A stretch of DNA of 62,948 nt, the filler included. It is 5 parts of 5 records of this genome, joined end to end, with 100 filler letters (N's around TTAATTAATTAA, not from the genome) between each part and the next. Parts side by side here need not be neighbours in the genome. Positions count along the whole stretch, not along the records: positions 17,155 to 36,251 come from SRR20825006_243; positions 36,352 to 49,106 come from SRR20825006_244; 3 more parts are not named here. The stretch is one strand, 5' to 3'. Numbering within the stretch: position 1 is the stretch's first letter; each line of letters opens with the position of its first letter. The notes beneath the pieces were generated by a model. That model saw only the letters and a program-made list of their open reading frames with translations, made no database searches and had not been told where the DNA came from. The position numbers were made by a program, and so were the translations under genes. Positions 29,713-38,563 of the stretch are shown here, one piece after another.

Positions 29713-30390
29713 TCAAGGCACGAGTAACCCCGAGAGCGGGAGGTGGTCAGACGCCTCCCGCTCTTTTGTGACGAGCACATCCTCCCACTTTCCCCTGTTG
29801 GTGAGCAGGTAGTCGATGCGAATGCGTGGCTTCTCCGAGGGGAAGGTCAGGCGCTGCTGGCTCGCGTCAGCATCTCGGTAGACTTCGAGCAGGCGCTGGA
29901 ACCAGTCCGGGCGATGCTCCTCATTGAGATCCCCCATGACCACGACGTGCTCCCCCTCTTCATGCAGGCGCAGGGCGAGGTCCGTGAGGACCTCGCCCTG
30001 CGCCTCGCGATCCTCGATCCAGCTAAGGTGCGTGGTCAGCAGTGTGAGGGCGCCATCAGGTGTATCGAGGCGACTTCGTGTAAGCACGCGCGGTTCGTCC
30101 ACGTTCTTTGGCAGGAGATGATCCTCGCTCTCGAGGATCGGGTGCCTGCTCAAGAAGGCGTGGCCATAGAAGCGGGGGGACTCGTCGATGCAGGGGATAA
30201 ACCGGTGGTGCTCGAACCCGAGGAGCTCGGCCAGCGCAGGGGTCGTGTCCCCTGCGGGGCCCATCGTCCAGTTTTGGCCAACCTCCTGGAGCGCGACGAC
30301 GTCGGGGTCGTGCGAGCGGATGACCTCGGCGAGCGCTTCGAGACCTTGTTGGATGCCGAGGCGGATGTTGTAGGTCATCAATCGGATCAT
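29713..30390 (-). CDS. Endonuclease/exonuclease/phosphatase family protein
   Basis: MTYNI, DVVALQEV, MGDLN, RIDY, SDHLP. Confidence 0.9.
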   Translation of the reverse strand: MIRLMTYNIRLGIQQGLEALAEVIRSHDPDVVALQEVGQNWTMGPAGDTTPALAELLGFEHHRFIPCIDESPRFYGHAFLSRHPILESEDHLLPKNVDEPRVLTRSRLDTPDGALTLLTTHLSWIEDREAQGEVLTDLALRLHEEGEHVVVMGDLNEEHRPDWFQRLLEVYRDADASQQRLTFPSEKPRIRIDYLLTNRGKWEDVLVTKEREASDHLPLSGLLVP

Positions 30391-32069
30391 GTGGGCTCCT
30401 CGGAGGTTGGCGTCGGGATGTCTGGGAGGGGGAGGGTGATCTGGAAGGTCGTCCCTCGCTCCTGATTGCTCTTGTGGGAGACCTGGCCATGGTGCTCGAC
30501 GACGATTTGCTGTGTCATGGCGAGCCCGAGGCCGGTTCCTTTTACCTTGGAGGTGAAGAAGGGTTCGAAGATGCGTCCCTGGATGTCATCGGGGATGCCT
30601 TCGCCGTGATCCTTGATGGAGACGCGCGCGGTGCTCTTATCGAGGTCACGCTCGAGCGTGACCTCGACCAGGGCATCCTCGGTGTTCGAGGACGCCTCGA
30701 CGGCGTTCTTGATCAGGTTGAGCAATGCCTGGCGGAGTTGGTTCGCGTCCGCGTCGAGGATGACGGGCTCGTCGGGCAAGGTCAGCTCGACCTCGACCCC
30801 TTCCTGACCCCATTCCCACTCGTGGAAGTCGATGATTTGCTCGAGCAACTCGGAGAGATCATGGCTGGCGAGCTTTGGCTCGGGCAACCTGGCGTAGACG
30901 AGGTACTCCTCGGTGATATCGCGGAGGCGGTCGACCTCGGCGATGATCGTCTCGAGGCCCGCGAGCGCATCCTCCCGCTCCTCGCCCTCGAGCTCGAGGA
31001 GCTGCGCGATGATCATCTCGGCGTTGAGCCCGATGCTCGAGAGGGGGTTGCGCAGCTCGTGCGTGATCAGGCTGGTCATGCGGCCGATGGTCGCGAGGCG
31101 CTCCGCTTTCAGGAGTGCGTCGTGTTGTTCTCTTAACGCAGCGTCGCGCGCGTCGAGCGCGCGCGCCATCGAGTTGAACTCCTCGGTCAGGGTGGCGATC
31201 TCATCCCGTCCGAGGCGCCCTGGCGAGCGGTTCTCGAGCGTGTGGTACTCTCCTCTGGCGATCTGTTTGACGCCCTCGGTCAGCGCGCCAAGAGGGCGGA
31301 CCGTGAGCAGCGCCACGGCGAACATGGTCAGCGTGACGAGCAGCGCGATGGCGCTCATCACGCCGAGCGCGTAGAGGTTTGTGCGCTCGGATTGGTTGGC
31401 GCGCACGAGGGCGAGATCGGTGGAGATGCGCAGATCGTTTCGAACGCGCGTGAGCTCGAGGTCGAGCTTCTGGGTCTTTTTTCGCAACGCCGCGCGCTGG
31501 ATCTGAATGGCGTCATCGAGCGCGAGTTTATCCGAGGATTGCTGGCGTTGTTGGAGCAATGTCTGAAGATGATGTGTGTCGGCATCGAGCGTCGAGGCGG
31601 TCTCGACGATTCGGGTGAGCTTTCGCTGGATATCCTGGAGTCGCAGGCGCTCGGGTTCGGCCATGCGCGTGAGCGGCTCGTTGTCCGAGAGCTCGGACGC
31701 CTTGCGAAGTTTGGTGAAGACGCGCTGCGGAACACGCGCCATCATCCTGGTTAACTGGAGCGCTCGCCGCAGGTTTTCTGGTTCTGGCTCTGAGAGCGCG
31801 ACATCAAAACTCTTGAGATCGTTTTGCGCATCGCTCAGGATCAGAGAGAGGGGGATGATGCTCTGATTGAGCGCCTGGATCTGGCCAAAGAGCTGTTGCG
31901 TTCTCCAGATGCTCGCCATGATCACGATGGTAAAGACGATGACCATCATGGAGAAGGCGAGCGAGATTTTGGTGGCGATGCTCAGTCGCAAGGTCACTTC
32001 CGGCGCTCGAGATGGGGAGGGGATGGGGGAGACGTTGACTCCCATGTTACGTGCATGATAGACCAACAC
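30387..32069 (-). CDS. Membrane sensor histidine kinase (HAMP-HisKA-HATPase)
   Basis: Two TM segments, HAMP, HELRNPL, NLIKNA, DHGEGI, FFTSK, GTGLGL. Start uncertain. Confidence 0.92.
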   Translation of the reverse strand: MLVYHARNMGVNVSPIPSPSRAPEVTLRLSIATKISLAFSMMVIVFTIVIMASIWRTQQLFGQIQALNQSIIPLSLILSDAQNDLKSFDVALSEPEPENLRRALQLTRMMARVPQRVFTKLRKASELSDNEPLTRMAEPERLRLQDIQRKLTRIVETASTLDADTHHLQTLLQQRQQSSDKLALDDAIQIQRAALRKKTQKLDLELTRVRNDLRISTDLALVRANQSERTNLYALGVMSAIALLVTLTMFAVALLTVRPLGALTEGVKQIARGEYHTLENRSPGRLGRDEIATLTEEFNSMARALDARDAALREQHDALLKAERLATIGRMTSLITHELRNPLSSIGLNAEMIIAQLLELEGEEREDALAGLETIIAEVDRLRDITEEYLVYARLPEPKLASHDLSELLEQIIDFHEWEWGQEGVEVELTLPDEPVILDADANQLRQALLNLIKNAVEASSNTEDALVEVTLERDLDKSTARVSIKDHGEGIPDDIQGRIFEPFFTSKVKGTGLGLAMTQQIVVEHHGQVSHKSNQERGTTFQITLPLPDIPTPTSEEPT

Positions 32070-32142
32070 GTCGATTTTTAGAGGCGCACGGGGACGTAAG
32101 AACCGCGGTTAGACCGCGCGCCCATACGAGAGGTTACGACGA

Positions 32143-33789
32143 ATGAGCTTTAGTGGAAAGGAGCGTTGGCCATCCCTCATCATGGCGCTGTTATTGGCGT
32201 TCGTGATGGGGCTCCCGGCGACGGGGTGGGCGCAACAGCCCGCAGAGGGCGAAGGAGAAGCTGCGGGCGCCGAGGGCGCGCCGCAGGAAGGCGAACCAGC
32301 TGCTGGCGAGGGCGAAGGCGCCCCGGCAGAGGGTGAGGGGCAACCGGTGGCCAAGCCACCGGCACCAAAACCCAAGGTTTTGCTTCTCCCTACAGACAGG
32401 GTGGATGACAAGATCAGTTCGCTGATTTCGGAGCGCGTCGACGATCAGACCAGAAAGCGCCTCAAAGAAGAGGGGCGCGTGGTGCTGATGCCAAGCTTTG
32501 GCGAGATCCGCAAGCGGCTCGCCGGGCAGGGGCAATCGAGCGCGGTGATCTACGAGGCCGAGACCCTCTATACTCAGGGCATCGGGCTGTTGACTGCTGG
32601 TGAGAACGAGCAGGCGCTCGAGGTCTTCCAGCGCTCTGTGGAGTTGATGGAGGCCAACCTCTCCGACTTGCAGAACTACGAGGTGCTGGCCGACGCGCTC
32701 GCCAACCTCTCGCTCGCCTACTTCCTCTCGGGCTACGACCTCGATGGTCGAAAGCGGATGAAGCAGTTCGCGCACTTGCGCCCTGCGGCGACGCTCAACC
32801 CCGAAAAATACCCCAAGGATCTGCTCGAGGTCCTGGCCGAGGAGCAAGCCAAGGTCACAAAGGCTGGCCCCGGTAAGTTGACCATCACCTCGAACGTCGA
32901 GGGCGCCGCTGTGTTTATCGACGGCGTGGTCAAGGGGCAAACCCCGGCGACGGTCGAGGATGTGGGCTTCGGTTATCACTACCTCGTCGTGCGCGATGGA
33001 AAGGGGGGCGTGTTCGCCTCTCAGATCCGCGTGCGAGGGAAGGGCAAGGAGCAAACGATCGATGCTCAGATCGCGAGCAGCGGTGGCGCGGTCGCAGGCG
33101 GGGAAGAGGGCGCTTCGGACGAGATGCCCTCTTACTACGTCGATTTGCTGACGCAGCTTCGCAAGGGCGTCTTCGACGCCAACGAACTCCAGCCATATTT
33201 CTCGGAGTTGGCCAAGCAGGCTGGCGCGCCTTACCTCGGTTGGGTGTTGATGCACAAAGATCCTGCCGGCAACTACATCGCCACGCCATTTGTCTGGCGC
33301 GCGAAAGACAGCAAGTTGATCCAGGTCAAGGACACGAAGTTCAACTTCGAGCTCTCCAACCTCACGCTCGGCGTCAACCAGATGTCCAAGGATATCGCCG
33401 AGGCGCTCGAGACGATGCCCGAGGATCAGGCGGTCGTGCAGGTCTCGCTCAAGACCACGCCAGTGGCCACGAATACGGGGACGGGCACCGGGACTGGTAC
33501 TGGTACCGGCACCGGGACTGAGAAGAAAGATCCTGTGGTGATCGCTGGTACGGGGACTGGAACTGGGACGGGCACCGGGACTGGCGTTGGCACGAGCACG
33601 ACGCTCGATCCTCCACCAGAGGTCACGGAGGTCGATCGTTCGAAGCGCCGCAAGTTGATGCGCAATGTGGGCATGGGGACAGCCGCGGCAGTCGTCGTCG
33701 GTGGTCTCGTGACCGGGACGGTGCTCTTGCTCCAGAACGATTCGCCCGATGAAGAAGAGAATGGGTTTAGCGCGGAGGTGTCCTGGTGA
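32143..33789 (+). CDS. Secreted TPR/PEGA-domain protein
   Basis: Signal peptide, TPR-like helices, PEGA (LTITSNVEGAAVFIDG..GQTP), TG repeats, C-terminal hydrophobic segment, terminal Trp. Confidence 0.8.
   Translation: MSFSGKERWPSLIMALLLAFVMGLPATGWAQQPAEGEGEAAGAEGAPQEGEPAAGEGEGAPAEGEGQPVAKPPAPKPKVLLLPTDRVDDKISSLISERVDDQTRKRLKEEGRVVLMPSFGEIRKRLAGQGQSSAVIYEAETLYTQGIGLLTAGENEQALEVFQRSVELMEANLSDLQNYEVLADALANLSLAYFLSGYDLDGRKRMKQFAHLRPAATLNPEKYPKDLLEVLAEEQAKVTKAGPGKLTITSNVEGAAVFIDGVVKGQTPATVEDVGFGYHYLVVRDGKGGVFASQIRVRGKGKEQTIDAQIASSGGAVAGGEEGASDEMPSYYVDLLTQLRKGVFDANELQPYFSELAKQAGAPYLGWVLMHKDPAGNYIATPFVWRAKDSKLIQVKDTKFNFELSNLTLGVNQMSKDIAEALETMPEDQAVVQVSLKTTPVATNTGTGTGTGTGTGTGTEKKDPVVIAGTGTGTGTGTGTGVGTSTTLDPPPEVTEVDRSKRRKLMRNVGMGTAAAVVVGGLVTGTVLLLQNDSPDEEENGFSAEVSW
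33475..33597 (+). repeat. Two coding (Thr-Gly)n tracts
   Basis: ACNGGN hexamers encoding TGTGTG... linkers. Confidence 0.85.
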
Positions 33790-35531
33790 ACGCCACGTTG
33801 AAGAAAGCAGTCGGAGTGTGCGCGATCGCAGCGCTGGCCATGAGCGTCGTGGCCGGTTGCGGTCCAGAACCTCAGCAATCAGATCCAAAGAGGCTGCGCG
33901 TCTCGTTGTTTGGATGGGGTCCAGGTGATGATGGCGCGGATACGTTTGTGTCTGGGATGCCCGCGTATCAGGACGCGGCGGTGGTTTCGGTGCGCGTCAC
34001 CGAGCCGGGCGCCGGACGAATTTTGGAGGAGGCCAACGGTGAAATCTCGGAGCGCTCGGTGCGCATTCCGGATGTTCCGTTTGGCACGGGCCTTCGCCTC
34101 GAGATGGATATTCTCAATGGCGCCGGCGAGGTCCTGGCCTCTGGCGCGACGCCACAGTTCGACTTCGATGAGACGCAGTCATCGCGCGAGCTTCGCATGA
34201 TGGTGATGCCGCTCAATTCGTTCGCGCCGGCCGGTTCGGTCGTCACGGGGCAGGATAATCAGCAGGCGTTTATTCAGAGCAGGATGGATTACCGCTCCGC
34301 GTTCGAGCTCTCGGGAGGAGCGACTGATATCTGGCTCGGGAGGGTTGGGCACGCGGCGGTGCCAACGAGCGATGGCAAGGTGCTCGTCGTCGGTGGCGCC
34401 AACGTCACACCTGGCACGGCCCCTGGCGCTATCCCCAAGTTCGACAACGTCTACAGTGATTTGCAGATCTTTGATCCGCGCACCGGTTACTTTACTGACC
34501 TGAGCTATGATGAAGCCAGCGATCAGGTTCGCCCTGACGGCGCGGATCGTCTGGTCGATGCGCGCGCCTTCCACACGGTGACGCCTATTGGCAACGATCG
34601 CTTCATCGTCTCGGGCGGTTACAACACGCTCGTCGACGTGACGCGTCCTGTGCGTTCGCTCGAGTTGATCGACCTGAACGCCGAGCCAGGGCAGCGCGTC
34701 CAGCCAGTAACAGATAGCACTGGCGTGAACCCGCTCCAGACGCTCGCGCCGCGTGGCTTCCACGAGTCGGTTTATCTCGAGGACTCAGGGTTGCTGCTTA
34801 TGATCGGCGGCATCGGCGAGGGGAGCGAGGACATCATGGGTGATATCGAGGTCATCGATATCGCCAACCAGCGCGTCCTCGACCAGCGCTTTCCGCTCAA
34901 CACCGCACGCACCGATCACCAGGCCGTCCCGCTCGCTGATGGTTCGATCTGGATCATCGGAGGCCGCAACAACGACGCGGTGCTCGGCTCGACCGAGATC
35001 GTGACGCCCAATGGCGGCGGTTTCGACATTACGCCAGGGCCTGCGCTCAAGCAGGCGCGCTATGCTTTCTCTGCGGCAAAGATCTCGCAAGGCGATGGCA
35101 CGCGCGTGGTGGTCCTTGGCGGGTTCACCTCGCTCGATGGCGAACCGACGGCGACCTACGAGGTCGGCGTGAAGGGGCTCGAGAGCTTCGTGTCGGGGCC
35201 GACCTGGGCGTTTGGAATGGCGAGGGGCGGGTTGCAGGCGCTGGTGTTGCCGCAGACGCAGGATATCTTGTTGTTTGGTGGTCGCGATGCTTCGAACAAT
35301 ACGATCGGGAGCGTGGAGCGCCTCCAGTTCCTCGGTCTCGACGAGCCCAACCCCTATCAATTGCTCGCGGCGGACATCGGTTCGTTCGTCGTGGATCGTC
35401 GGGATGCGACGTTCTCGTTGATGACGAGCGGGCAGGTTTTGGTCGTTGGAGGGGAGGGCAAGGTGCGGGATGTATTCGTCGCGCTCGACAGCGCCGAGCT
35501 CTACAACCCGCGCGACCCCATCGTGCCTTGA
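33786..35531 (+). CDS. Kelch-repeat beta-propeller lipoprotein
   Basis: Lipobox VAGC; repeated R..H....DG+V+V.GG blades; GTGA overlap with the PEGA gene. Confidence 0.85.
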   Translation: MNATLKKAVGVCAIAALAMSVVAGCGPEPQQSDPKRLRVSLFGWGPGDDGADTFVSGMPAYQDAAVVSVRVTEPGAGRILEEANGEISERSVRIPDVPFGTGLRLEMDILNGAGEVLASGATPQFDFDETQSSRELRMMVMPLNSFAPAGSVVTGQDNQQAFIQSRMDYRSAFELSGGATDIWLGRVGHAAVPTSDGKVLVVGGANVTPGTAPGAIPKFDNVYSDLQIFDPRTGYFTDLSYDEASDQVRPDGADRLVDARAFHTVTPIGNDRFIVSGGYNTLVDVTRPVRSLELIDLNAEPGQRVQPVTDSTGVNPLQTLAPRGFHESVYLEDSGLLLMIGGIGEGSEDIMGDIEVIDIANQRVLDQRFPLNTARTDHQAVPLADGSIWIIGGRNNDAVLGSTEIVTPNGGGFDITPGPALKQARYAFSAAKISQGDGTRVVVLGGFTSLDGEPTATYEVGVKGLESFVSGPTWAFGMARGGLQALVLPQTQDILLFGGRDASNNTIGSVERLQFLGLDEPNPYQLLAADIGSFVVDRRDATFSLMTSGQVLVVGGEGKVRDVFVALDSAELYNPRDPIVP

Positions 35532-35577
35532 GCCTTGTTTGGCAACTTGACGCCATCGAGCGTCATTGATAATCAGA

Positions 35578-35611
35578 TGGGCCCCATTTGCCGCACGGCA
35601 AACGGGGCCCA
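35578..35611. terminator. Stem-loop after kelch gene
   Basis: TGGGCCCCATTTGCCG-CA-CGGCAAACGGGGCCCA; no strong U-tract. Confidence 0.5.
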
Positions 35612-35676
35612 AGCGTTTAGAATAAGAACCTGGCGCGAGTCATTTGCCAGGAACACCCAACCGATAGGAGACGATC

Positions 35677-35868
35677 ATGGCAGAGGAAGCCGCAGAGAAC
35701 GTGGAGCAAGCAGAAGAGACCCCCAAGGTGGACGAGCAAAAGATCATGTGCTTTGTCTCCAAGAAGATGGTTCCCATCAGCGAGACGGTCGAGGTCGAGT
35801 ACATGCCTCACAAGAAGGTCCGCGTGCTCCCTCACTACATCCGCTACAACGAGGACGCACAGGCTTGA
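35677..35868 (+). CDS. Small acidic hypothetical protein
   Basis: 63 aa, AGGAG RBS, codon usage like its neighbours. Confidence 0.7.
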   Translation: MAEEAAENVEQAEETPKVDEQKIMCFVSKKMVPISETVEVEYMPHKKVRVLPHYIRYNEDAQA

Positions 35869-36134
35869 GCCAGGATGCTTCCAGCAGCGAGCCTTCGTCG
35901 GCGTCCGCTCCTCGGCTAGAAGAGGCATCGCTTGCCGTCAAGCGCGGGGATCACGCGCGCGCCAGGGAGATCTTGAAAGAGATCGATACAGGCAGCGTCG
36001 AGCGTGAAGGCTCTTCGCACGAAACGGCGATGCTCGAACAGATCGAGCTGGCGTTACGCAATGACAGCTTCGGCATCGGGATCGCGCTCGTGACTGGCGT
36101 GACGCTGTTGGTACTGTCGCTGCTGCTCTTCTGA
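35865..36134 (+). CDS. Hypothetical protein with C-terminal TM
   Basis: TTG start overlapping the upstream TGA; hydrophobic C-terminus; followed by a terminator. Confidence 0.55.
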   Translation: MSQDASSSEPSSASAPRLEEASLAVKRGDHARAREILKEIDTGSVEREGSSHETAMLEQIELALRNDSFGIGIALVTGVTLLVLSLLLF

Positions 36135-36153
36135 GCGTTGGACGAGTAGAACG

Positions 36154-36200
36154 CAAAGGGCCGCGGCAGGTTTGAAGACCTGTCGCGGCCCTTTGTTTTT
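36154..36200 (+). terminator. Rho-independent terminator
   Basis: CAAAGGGCCGCGGCAGGT...ACCTGTCGCGGCCCTTTG followed by a T-tract. Confidence 0.8.
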
Positions 36201-36251
36201 CTTGGTGTGAGATGTCTTCGTGCGCCCCCCGCGGCCCTCACTCTCGTTCGT

Positions 36252-36351
36252 NNNNNNNNNNNNNNNNNNNNNNNNNNNNNNNNNNNNNNNNNNNNTTAAT
36301 TAATTAANNNNNNNNNNNNNNNNNNNNNNNNNNNNNNNNNNNNNNNNNNNN
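36252..36351. other. Artificial contig spacer
   Basis: N runs with TTAATTAATTAA. Confidence 0.99.
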
Positions 36352-37533
36352 GACATCATCTTCTTCTGGGTCGCCCGCATGATGATGATGGGGCTCGAAT
36401 TCCTCGACAAGGAGCCGTTCCACACCGTTTACATGCATGCCCTGGTTCGCGACGAAAAGGGCCAGAAGATGAGCAAGACCAAGGGGAACGTCATCGATCC
36501 CCTCAAGCTCGTCGATGAATATGGTGCCGACGCTACCCGCTTCACGCTGGCCGCCATGGCCGCGCAGGGCCGCGACCTCAAGCTCGCTATCAGCCGGGTG
36601 GAAGGCTACCGCAATTTCGTCACCAAGCTCTGGAACGCCGCGCGCTTCCTGGAGATGAACGAGTGCCGTCGCGTCGAGGGCTATGACCCGAAGGCGAACA
36701 CGCTTGCTCTCAATCGCTGGATCGTCGGCGCTACCGCGCGCGGCGCTGCGGCGGTCCGTGCGGGCATTGAGGACTACAAGTTCAACGAAGCGGCCAACAG
36801 CGCCTATGACTTCGTCTGGGGCACCTTCTGCGACTGGTATGTCGAGTTCGCCAAGCCCGTCTTCAACGGTGAAGACGACGTCGCCAAGGCCGAGACCCGC
36901 GCCACTGCTGCCTGGGCGCTCGACCAGATCCTGATCATGCTCCATCCCATGATGCCGTTTGTGACCGAGGAACTCTGGGCCGAAACCGGCAAGTTCGGAC
37001 CGGCGCGCGAAGGCATGCTCATCACCACCGAATGGCCCGATCTCTCGGGTCTCGGAGACGCTTCTGCCGATGCCGAGCTCGCCTGGCTGATCGACGTTAT
37101 TTCCAACGTCCGCTCGGTCCGCGCGGAAATGAACGTGCCTGCCAGCGCCAAGTTGCAAATGGTCGTCACCGGGGCAGGGGAGGAAACGCTCCGTCGTCTC
37201 GTTGCCGGTACCTCGCTGATTTCTCGCCTGGCACGCCTTGAGGAAATCTCGCCACAAAACGAGGTGCCGGGCGAATCCGCGCAGTTCGTTGTGGGTGATG
37301 CCACCTTCGCCCTGCCGCTGGCCGGCGTCATCGACATCGGTGCGGAAAAGGCCCGCCTGGAAAAGGAAGTCGGCAAGCTCGACGGCGAAATCACCCAGGT
37401 CGACAAGAAACTTGGCAATGAACAGTTCGTCTCCAAGGCCCCCGAAGAGGTGATCGAGGAACAAAAATCCCGTCGCGAGGCAGCGACTGAGCGACGCACG
37501 AAAATCCTCGAAGCCCTCAAGCGCCTGAGCTGA
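36352..37533 (+). CDS. valS: Valyl-tRNA synthetase, C-terminal fragment
   Basis: DIIFFWVARM, KMSKTKGN, FCDWYVE, C-terminal coiled coil FVSKAP. Confidence 0.97.
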   Translation, partial: DIIFFWVARMMMMGLEFLDKEPFHTVYMHALVRDEKGQKMSKTKGNVIDPLKLVDEYGADATRFTLAAMAAQGRDLKLAISRVEGYRNFVTKLWNAARFLEMNECRRVEGYDPKANTLALNRWIVGATARGAAAVRAGIEDYKFNEAANSAYDFVWGTFCDWYVEFAKPVFNGEDDVAKAETRATAAWALDQILIMLHPMMPFVTEELWAETGKFGPAREGMLITTEWPDLSGLGDASADAELAWLIDVISNVRSVRAEMNVPASAKLQMVVTGAGEETLRRLVAGTSLISRLARLEEISPQNEVPGESAQFVVGDATFALPLAGVIDIGAEKARLEKEVGKLDGEITQVDKKLGNEQFVSKAPEEVIEEQKSRREAATERRTKILEALKRLS

Positions 37534-37538
37534 CCAGC

Positions 37539-38543
37539 ATGACCGACACCGCCAAGTCCCCCAATGAACGTGCCATCAGCAATGGCCTCGTCGGGGGCGG
37601 GGCGGTGCTGGTCCTCAATGGCAAGGGGGGCATGAAGCGGCACGAGCCCGGCGAGCCTGTCGTCGTGCCACGTGGCGGCTTCAAGCTGGTTGTGGGCAAT
37701 TCCAAGGCCCCCGAATTCAAGCTCTGGCTCAAGGGTGAGCTCGGCGAGTTCAATTCCGGCCTTGTCACCGCGCCCACCTCCCGCAGCCGGTGCAGTGTCA
37801 TGGATGATCAGGCACTGGTCATTCTCCGTGTCGTGCGGCCAGGAGCCTCTCCCCACGACGTTGGTCGGCAGTTTCTCACCATGTGGATTGAGAAAAGCCG
37901 GGTGATCATTGCCTCCGAGCTCAACATTCTGGACTTTCTGGGCCTCGCCCGCATTGAGCAGGCCGAGCATGCGCCCACTACGCCCGCCGATCTCATTGCG
38001 CGCCTCGCTCTGCGCGCTACTGATCGGCTGGAGCCGCTGATTGAAATGCTGGGCGACCGTCTCGACGAGGTCGAAGAAAGCCTGATCACCCAAAAGACAG
38101 AAAAGGCTCAGGATAATCTTGAACAGCTCCGCCGCACGTTAATCAGCTTCCGGCGCCTTGTCTGGCCACAGCGCGACGCGCTCTCCACGCTGGAAGTCGA
38201 GGACCTGTCCTTCTTCTCGGATCGCGACCGGCTGCGCCTGCGCGAGGCGGCCATGCGCACCGCCCGTATCGGTGATGAGCTTCAGGCCCTCTCCGAACGC
38301 GCCGTGCTGATCCATGAGGAGATCATCGACGACCGGGCCGAGCAGATGAACAAGGCCATGCTGGTGCTGGCCGCCGTCACTGTCATCTTCTCGCCCCTGA
38401 CCCTGCTGACCGGCCTACTGGGCATGAATGTTTCGGGCATTCCATTTGCCGAGAACGGCGCCGCCTTCTGGGTCGTCTGCGGCCTGATCATCGCCCTTGG
38501 CCTCGGCGCCCTCTGGCTGATGCGCAGGCGACGCTGGATCTGA
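37539..38543 (+). CDS. CorA/ZntB-family divalent cation transporter
   Basis: Two C-terminal TMs with LLGMNVSGIP (GMN motif). Confidence 0.9.
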   Translation: MTDTAKSPNERAISNGLVGGGAVLVLNGKGGMKRHEPGEPVVVPRGGFKLVVGNSKAPEFKLWLKGELGEFNSGLVTAPTSRSRCSVMDDQALVILRVVRPGASPHDVGRQFLTMWIEKSRVIIASELNILDFLGLARIEQAEHAPTTPADLIARLALRATDRLEPLIEMLGDRLDEVEESLITQKTEKAQDNLEQLRRTLISFRRLVWPQRDALSTLEVEDLSFFSDRDRLRLREAAMRTARIGDELQALSERAVLIHEEIIDDRAEQMNKAMLVLAAVTVIFSPLTLLTGLLGMNVSGIPFAENGAAFWVVCGLIIALGLGALWLMRRRRWI

Positions 38544-38563
38544 CCCAGCGCCGCCCGCCCTGG

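Noticed and set aside
32191..33888. 565-aa minus-strand ORF
   Set aside because: Antisense shadow of the PEGA gene; no recognisable motifs.
36304..38093. Long minus-strand ORFs over valS and the CorA gene
   Set aside because: Shadows of well-supported plus-strand genes.
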